NCBI RefSeq assembly: GCF_009914755.1
Contig: NC_060925.1
DNA: 64,000 nucleotides
Reading direction: 5' to 3' (one strand)
Source: the human T2T-CHM13v2.0 reference genome, Homo sapiens
The position numbers were made by a program, and so were the translations under genes. The notes beneath the pieces are model-generated. The model worked only from the letters and a program-made list of their open reading frames with translations. It did no database searches and was not told the origin of the DNA. Positions 57,665 to 64,000 of this stretch are shown piece by piece. Each line of letters begins with the position of its first letter. The first letter of the stretch is position 1.

Positions 57665-58494
57665 CAAACTGGTAGAAAATGAAGCATTATTATTAACATG
57701 ATATAATTGTTTGTATGAAATAGTTTCCTTTAAGAAAGAAACTAGGAAATTAGCCTTCTGGTCTGAAGAAGTCAGCATGTAATAGGTAACAGAGAATATC
57801 AAGCTAGACACTGGATTGGCATATGACAGACTAGGATAGGTAGGTGGTATTATATATTTTACACCTTCATTTATGACCTGAATGGTTCTCAAAGTAACTG
57901 TTGTAGTAGCTTACTCCTTGAACTATCTTTGGACCTTATTGACCTGTCAGGGAAATTTGTATTTATACATCTGCAGAGTTGCCGCAGTCCCTGATTCTAA
58001 ATGTAGAGTAGCTGACTCTCCTCAGAGAATTCCCTTTCTTGGTCAAAATAAATATCTGGAATAGGAAACTGAGAGCTCTGTTCTGAGGCCCTAGAATGGT
58101 TCATTAGTGATAATTGGATGGCGAATTGCATCGTGTCCTCCTTATTTGGATCATGGATTATCTATTGGACTACCGACATTTAAAAGAATAAAAGATAAGA
58201 ATCTTCATAGTATTAATAGAGGGATATGGCAACTTAAATAAAATCTTTACTTTCTTCATGCCTTTTTTAGTTCCTCTGCAGCTATCGGGTATTTGAATGG
58301 AATGATATACTCAACAACAAGCCCTGGTGCTGAGTCACTTTCCCTGTGCTGGTTCCAGGGCAAATGAAAGGGACTCTTTTCCTCTTCTAGATGGAGAGTT
58401 TTCATAATCAGCTTCTTTGGATAGCAGAGAAACTCAATAAAGAAAAATAAAAGAAAAAGAAATATTTTTTGCTTAATAATTTATCTTACTCACT

Positions 58495-58660
58495 TAAAGG
58501 TTAAGGGCATGGGCTTTATAGTTAGGTTACTTAGAGTTCTGATTCTGGCTTTTCTACCTTACTTGCTGTGTGACCTTAGACAAGTTACTTAATCTTGCCT
58601 CAGTTTCATCATCTATTAAGTGATAGTAGTAATAGTACCTGACATATAGTAAACAGCTAT
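58495..58660 (+). mobile_element. MIR
   Basis: gctgtgtgaccttagacaagttacttaatc...cctcagtttcatcatct core. Confidence 0.8.
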
Positions 58661-58841
58661 TGTTACAATATAATATTTATTATAATCTTAGATTTGATGA
58701 GTGCACAACTATTTCCTTTCAAAGTTCTATTATATATTTGTAAATGTAAATATTAGCAAATTATATTAATGTTTAATGTATTAATGCTGATTGCATATAT
58801 GTGTGTGTAGTTAAAATTGTAGGAAAAGGCCTTCTTTTTCT

Positions 58842-58996
58842 ATCTCTTCAGTATTTCTTAGTTGGGAGTATAGGATGAAGAGATGGAGACTTGGAGAAGG
58901 GCACAAGTAGAGAGAAGGAATAGGATAAAATACCGTTGATTACTCTAGAGGAAAGAGTCTAAGCACATATGATATAGAAATGCGATAAAGATGTTA
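58842..58996 (+). repeat. Probable source copy of the 155-bp duplicate
   Basis: Same sequence as 56758-56912, but with ordinary, scar-free flanks. Confidence 0.95.
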
Positions 58997-61053
58997 AATG
59001 CTGGAGGAAGACATGAGCAACAAGGGTGAGGCTTGCAGCCTAATTTCATCCCAGGGGCAATCATAATTCTACAGAAGCTCCAGACTCTGTCCGAAGAGTA
59101 TCCTCTTGGATGGAATATGAGTGTTGGCAAAATAGCCACACAACAAATGAGTGAGGTTCCTTTAAACCCACAGACTTGGAGCTGAGCAGGAACTAAATTG
59201 CTTCAACCTTTAAAGATATTGAAAAAGATGCACTTAACAAAAGTTTCTTGTGAGAGCCACTACTCCAGTCTTCAGGATAATCTGTCACATCAGCATTTAG
59301 CCTTAGACCCCAACCTTCCTCAAGGTTTTCTCTCCATTACTTCAGAGCTGGAGACTATGATCCTCTGAGAGTACTTTGCACCCTGACTTTGTGACGTTTG
59401 CTCAGTCATCTGTAACCCACTCCCAAGCTTCTTGTGACCCGATTGAGTGATGTTGAGACCATCAACCCACATACAGCTCCACTGGCAGGCAGGACACTCG
59501 TCTGATCCAGGCTACCAAGTCACAAAAAACTTAGCTATAAGTCATACTTTCCTGTTTTCTTTCCACAACTCAAAAACAAGCTCAGGTGCTCTTTTATATT
59601 TCCAAGGCTGATACTGTAACATATGCTCTGGAGAAGCTAAAATGATTCAATCACCTTTTGAACATAGATGGATATGGCAGTGGATTTTCAAACTTCAATG
59701 ATAAATTGCCACAATGTGAACCGTCCCTTTCCCAGGTGATGTTGTTTTCAAGCTGATGTATTCAGTTCCCAGGTACTTGCTCATAACAGTCTGATAGTGA
59801 TAACATTTCTCTCTACTGCAGTAGAGATTCTGATTGCTTCTGAAGAATACATAACAGAGCATACTGAAATGTGAAGTGCAGCCACAGCTTTATTTCAGAC
59901 TTTTTGTGACTTACTCTATGCCTGTTAGGAACCCTCAAAATATTTGAGAAATATGGGCATGATCTATAGCCAGTTTCTCAAAACATGTTCACAAAACACT
60001 AGTTCAACAACATACTGTGCACCACACACACACACACAAAGACACACACATGAATTCCATAATAAATCTGGAGAGTCACATTGGTATGTTAAAAGCTCCT
60101 AGACAAACTATTAAAGAAAGCTATTTAATTTTGTTTAATTTGGCGTCTCTCAAAACATATATGATCATGAAACTTACTATGTCAATTAGTAAAATTTTTT
60201 TTTGGCAGAATGCAGCAATCTATAGTGTACATGTGTAGTTCCAATGTAAAACAAAATTTGTTAAGTGTTAATGCTTTGCCCTTGGATTTGGACTATTTAA
60301 GCCATATCAATATTGTAGGTTATTTTATGGTTGGATAAGGAAGTTGATTATGCCAAATGCAGCTGTTCTTCAATTACTGTGTGACTATTGCTCATTAAAA
60401 CCCTGGGAAGAGAGCAAGCCATTAAGGGTATGGAGGCCATAAATCAGATAATGAAAGATAAATGGTTGTAACTTAAATTCTTGGCCAGTTCTAAGTTTTT
60501 GTGCTTATTGCTGATCCAAGGCAGGATTTATGGTGCCAAAAAGAATATGACGTCATATGTTGTAAATTTCCAAGAACATGATTATAACCGCTGCATTGCA
60601 ATACTTCAGTATTCATTTTCGTTGATCATTGGACTTAATTCAGATTTGTTTTCAATTTGTATCACAACAGCGATGTTAGTTATTACTGCTTAGGAGTTAA
60701 TTAAATATTAAATCACAGCTGGCTTGAAAAATTTCAACTGGTCCATTTGCTGAAGAATACAAAAGGGAAATGTAGTAGTATTAGTGTCAACTGGGGTGTA
60801 TGTGGAGCTGTATGTTTTGTTTATTTCTCTGCATTTATATTCTTGAACTGTCATTGATGTATGCAACTTTTTTGCAACTAGAAGGTCAAAATTAGACTAC
60901 ACACAAACGTCAGTTTTATGAGTGTGTATTAGCAGAGTGTGGCCAATTAGCATGCCAAGCATTCAACACAAGTGATTCATGTGATTTCTTTTATATCACA
61001 TTTCCTGTCATAATCTGCTCTTATGTATTAATCAACCTTCTTCTCTGTTTTAG

Positions 61054-61126
61054 GACTTTTGAAAAAACTAACAACTCTAAAAGTAGATGACAATCAACTT
61101 ACAATGCTACCCAATACAATTGGAAA
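61054..61126 (+). CDS. LRRC7: LRRC7 internal coding exon (73 nt): (G)[23 protein letters not shown](N)
   Basis: Acceptor CTTCTTCTCTGTTTTAG| and donor AAA|GTAAGT. The phase-1 start completes the Gly codon left by the previous exon, and the peptide fits the LRR consensus. Confidence 0.95.
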
Positions 61127-61887
61127 GTAAGTGCCAACTTTTCATTCCAGTCTGCCTCTCAAAAGCCAGAAACTAAAGGATATATTGAGTTTTCTAATTC
61201 AAAACATTTTCTACTAAAGATACCAATAATCCTGTTCATCTGTCAGCTTATTTTAAACCATATCTTATTTATATATATTTGTGTATATCTTAATTTTATA
61301 TCTAAACATTGCATTTGATATCCAACTTTATAATATCATGAGAAATGTTTACCCATGAATCTTTCACAAGGAAAATGATTACCCAGACCTTCAATTATAC
61401 TCTTGCTGATATTTTTCAGATATTATTAGTTTGATGTTTTTGACTGAGTAGCAGCTCTGAATTCACTTCACTGTTTCTTGCAAAATTAAACCAATTTTTA
61501 TAAGGCTCTGCAATATGTATATGTTACCATTACACTATTAGTAACATTTAATATTTATAGAATCTTAACGTATTTTTAGAAGCTAAGGAGAAAAGCATCT
61601 GCTTTAGCTAGCATTTTTTAAAACTTCAAGATGAAAGTCTAACATTGCCTTTTAAAGATAAAATATACTCCATTTATTTGATAACAATTTATTTCTAATA
61701 TTGTCATTAACATTTGGTTTACAATTCTTTAAGAACTATATATATTATCAATGTTCCATTGAAGTGCTTTTGTTTACAATCCGTGTAAAGTGAGAAATCA
61801 GTAGAGGCTGTCTTCATTCTGAAATTATGTAAGGGCATTTTATTGAGATCTTGCCCTACATCCTAGTGTGAAGAATCATATAAATTC

Positions 61888-64000
<2,113 letters not shown>

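Overview
This is human (an AluYb8 is present), AT-rich, mostly intronic DNA from LRRC7 (densin-180, a postsynaptic LAP-family LRR/PDZ protein), transcribed on the + strand. Three coding exons of the leucine-rich-repeat region are present: 46876-46950, 52741-52885 and 61054-61126. They splice in frame to [97 protein letters not shown](N). Most of the remainder is transposon-derived: L1 of many ages (a near-full-length L1PB, a 5'-inverted L1PA and a young L1PA2/3-like 3' part), Alus, L2, MIR, L3, MaLR/ERVL LTRs and DNA transposons. Most listed ORFs are repeat-derived or chance. I found no convincing novel gene or system. The best leads are: (1) a shifted donor/acceptor pair in one LRRC7 intron that restores frame only when both sites are used (SIG to VW); (2) a 155-bp templated insertion with a micro-repeat repair scar; (3) a candidate recursive-splice/poison-exon site in the long intron; (4) a human-specific AluYb8 that creates a close inverted Alu pair; (5) an MLT2A LTR with a perfect DUX4 motif; (6) a five-layer nested transposon stack with readable TSDs. 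Repeat subfamily names and the gene identity come from recognition, not database searches. Boundaries of old repeats are approximate.
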